A stretch of 64,000 nt of DNA. It comes from Malacoraja senta. Its lineage: Eukaryota. The notes beneath the pieces were generated by a model, which made no database searches, had not been told where the DNA came from, and saw only the letters and a program-made list of their open reading frames with translations. A program made the translations under genes and the position numbers. Of this stretch, positions 60,867 through 64,000 are shown in pieces (within the stretch, counting starts at the first letter, position 1; each line of letters starts with the position of its first letter). The DNA lies in assembly GCA_038087875.1 (NCBI GenBank), contig JAXLNO010000529.1, forward strand, positions 372,001-436,000, read 5' to 3'.

Positions 60867-63800
60867 ACAGAGGTCCGAAAGCCGTTGGAGAGGTCGCTGA
60901 GGGAGGAGCTACAACCGAGCGGTAGGACTTAAAAAGGAGCGCGGGGGCTTGTTCCTAACAGAGGTCCGAAAGCCGTTGGAGAGGTCGCTGAGGGAGGAGC
61001 TACAACCGAGCGGTAGGACTTAAAAAGGAACCCAAATCGGCAACGTTCCACTTCAAAAACAAGTGGGTTTGAGGAAGCCGCTGATTGGTGGACGCAGATA
61101 AGAGGGAGCAGCTGATTGGGAGTCAGATCCCTGCTGATTGTACTGTATTGTAGCAGTTTGTTTTGTATTGTAGCAGTTTGTTTTGTATTGTAGCAGTTTG
61201 TTTTGTATTCTAGCAGTTTGTTTTGTATTGTAGCAGCTTGTTTTGTATTGTAGCAGGTTGTTTTGTATTATATCCAGGGTAAGGGGAGTATGACGGCCAG
61301 GGCAGTTTACTGTTCTGGATGTCAGATGTGGGAAGTCAAGGAGTCTGATAGCCCTCCAGACGTCCACATCTGCGCCAGGTGTATCGAGATGGGGCTCCTA
61401 ATGGACCGTATTAGGAACCTGGAGCAGCAGCTCGATGACCTCCGTCTGGTCAGGGAGAGCGAGGAAGTCATTGAGAGGAGTTACAGGGATGTGGTCACTC
61501 CAACACCACAGGAGGCAGGCAAGTGGATCACGGTTGGGAGAGGCAAGGGGCACAGGCAGGGACTAGAGAGTACCCCGGTGGCTGTACACCTTGACAATAA
61601 GTACTCCTGTTTGAGCACTGTTGGGGTGGGCAGCCTACCTGGGGGTAGCGACAGCGGCCGGGCCTCCGGTATAGAGACCGGTCCTGTTGCTCAGAAGGGT
61701 AAGGAAAAGAAGAGGAGGGCAATATTAATAGGGGAATCTATAGTTAGGGGGTCAGACAGGCGATTCTGTGGACGCAGTCGGGAGACCCGGATGGTAGTTT
61801 GCCTCCCTGGTGCCAGGGTCTGTGATGTTTCTCAACGTGTCCAAGACATCCTGAAAGGGCAGGGAGAGGAGCCCGAGGTCGTGATACATATAGGTACCAA
61901 TGACATAGGTAAAAAAAGAGAAGAGGTCCTGAAAGGAGAATTTAGGGAGTTAGGAGGGGAGTTAAAGAGAAGGACAGCAAAGGTAACAATCTCGGGATTA
62001 CTGCCTGTACCACGCGACAGTCAGAGTAGGAATGGAGCGAGGTGGAGGATAAATGCGTGGCTGAAGGACTGGTGCAGAAGGCAGGGATTCAAATTTCTGG
62101 ATCATTGGGACCTCTTTTGTGGAAGGTTCGACCTGTACAAAAAGGATGGGTTGCACTTGAACCTGAGGGGGACCGATATCCTGGCGGGGAGATCTGCAAA
62201 GGCTACTGGGGAGACTTTAAACTAGAATGGTTGGGGGGAGGGACTCAAATAGAGAATGCTATTAGACAGTGTGTGAGGCAGGAGGCAGAGAAGGAAAGCA
62301 CTCAGACCCAACATGTAGGGGGGAAAGAAGAAAACAATAATAAACAGAGAATAAGAGGTGGTGGGGTTCTTAAATGGGTGAGCAGAGAAACAGAGGGGTG
62401 TAAAATGCGGGCGGAAGCAATAGGTAGCAAGGTGAAAGGTAAAAGTGGCAGGCAGACAAATCCAGGGCAAAAATCAAAAAGAGCCACTTTTCAACATAAT
62501 TGTATAAGGGGTAAGAGCGTTGTAAAAACAAGCCTGAAGGCTTTGTGTCTCAATGCAAGGAGCATTCGTAATAAGGTGGATGAGTTGAACGTGCAGATAG
62601 CAATTAATGATTATGATATAGTTGGGATCACGGAGACATGGCTCCAAGGTGACCAAGGCTGGGAGCTGAACATCCAGGGATATTCAATATTCAGGGGGGA
62701 TAGAGAGAAAGGAAAAGGAGGTGGGGTAGCGTTGCTGGTTAGAGAGGAGATTAACGCAGTGGAAAGGAAGGACATTAGCTTGGAGGATGTGGAATCGGTA
62801 TGGGTAGAGCTGCGAAACACTAAGGGGCAGAAAACGCTGGTGGGTGTTGTGTACAGGCCACCTAGCAGTAGTAGTGAAGTTGGGGATGGCATCAAACAGG
62901 AAATTAGAAATGCGTGCAACAAAGGCAAAACAGTTATAATGGGTGACTTCAATCTACATATAGATTGGGTAAATCAAATTGGCAGGGGTGCGGAGGAAGA
63001 GGATTTCTTGGAATGTATGAGGGATAGTTATCTAAACCAACATGTAGAGGAACCAACGAGAGAGCAGGCTATTCTAGACTGGGTATTGAGTAATGAGGAA
63101 GGGTTAGTTAGCAGACTTGTTGTGCGTGCCCCCTTGGGCAAGAGTGATCATAATATGGTTGAGTTCTTCATTAGGATGGAGAGTGACATAGTTAATTCAG
63201 AAACAACGGTTCTGAACTTAAAGAAAGGTAACTTTGAGGGTATGAGACGTGAATTGGCCAAGATTGACTGGCAATTAGTTCTAAAAGGGTTGACGGTGGA
63301 TATGCAATGGAAGGCATTTAAAGACTGCATGGATGAACTACAAAAATTGTTCATCCCAGTTTGGCAAAAGAATAAATCAAGGAAGTTAGTGCATCCGGGG
63401 ATAACAAGGGAAATCAGGAATAGTATCAAAGCAAAAGATGATGCGTACAAATTAGCCAGAAAAAGCAGCATACCAGAGGACTGGGAGAAATTCAGAGACC
63501 AGCAGAGGAGGACAAAGGGCTTAATTAGGAAAGGGAAAATAGATTATGAAAGGAAACTGGCAGGGAACATAAAAACTGACTGCAAAAGTTTTTATAGATA
63601 TGTGAAGAGAAAGAGATTAGTTAAATCAAATGTAGGTCCCTTGCAGTCAGAAACAGGTGAATTGATCATGGGGAACAAGTATATGGCAGACCAATTGAAT
63701 AACTACTTTGGTTCCGTCTTCACTAAGGAAGACATAAATAATCTGCCGGAAATAGCAGGGGGCCGCGGGTCAAAGGAGATGGAGGAACTGAGTGAAATCC

Positions 63801-64000
63801 AGGTTAGTCGGGAAGTGGTGTTGGGTAAATTGAATGGATTAAAGGCCGATAAATCACCAGGGCCAGATAGGCTGCATCCCAGAGTACTTAAGGAAGTAGC
63901 TCCAGAAATAGTGGATGCATTAGTGATAATTTTTCAAAACTCTTTAGAGTCTGGAGTAGTTCCTGAGGATTGGAGGGTAGCAAACGTAACCCCACTTTTT
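60867..64000 (+). mobile_element. CR1 LINE 5' part: UTR with a 91-bp duplication and 20-bp repeats, open ORF1 (61290-62225), ORF2 running off the window
   Basis: ORF1 YCSGC...HICARC plus esterase (GES, DGLHLN); ORF2 CLNARS, ITETW, VYRPP, GDFN, SDH and SPGPD motifs. Confidence 0.94.

Overview
Repeat-saturated vertebrate DNA, inferred to be cartilaginous fish (skate/ray/shark) from esterase-ORF1 CR1 LINEs and tRNA-headed SINEs with (CTAAA)n tails. There is one assembly gap (1234-1433). Most of the window is nested transposable elements: many CR1 copies, L1/Tx1, L2/Crack-like, RTE-X-like and Rex1/Babar LINEs, Penelope remnants, a hAT MITE, a THAP fold-back element and a young but disabled Gypsy LTR element. 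Three host-gene-like items stand out. (1) A six-exon tandem Ig-superfamily gene (V-C2-V'-C2'-V-C2, 51406-57605, +) with WxC F-strand motifs typical of CD4/LAG-3 relatives; it has one in-frame TGA and no visible leader or transmembrane exon. (2) A KRAB-less C2H2 zinc-finger array (about 19 fingers, frameshifted). (3) An orphan AIP/AIPL1-like first exon in a CCAAT/GC-box CpG island. Other structure includes two CR1-derived tandem repeats, two segmental duplications, several long inverted repeats (one made of tRNA-Leu fragments, one containing an exon-like unit) and hammerhead-ribozyme-like cores. All calls come from reading the sequence; no searches were run, so family names are motif-based and element ends are approximate.
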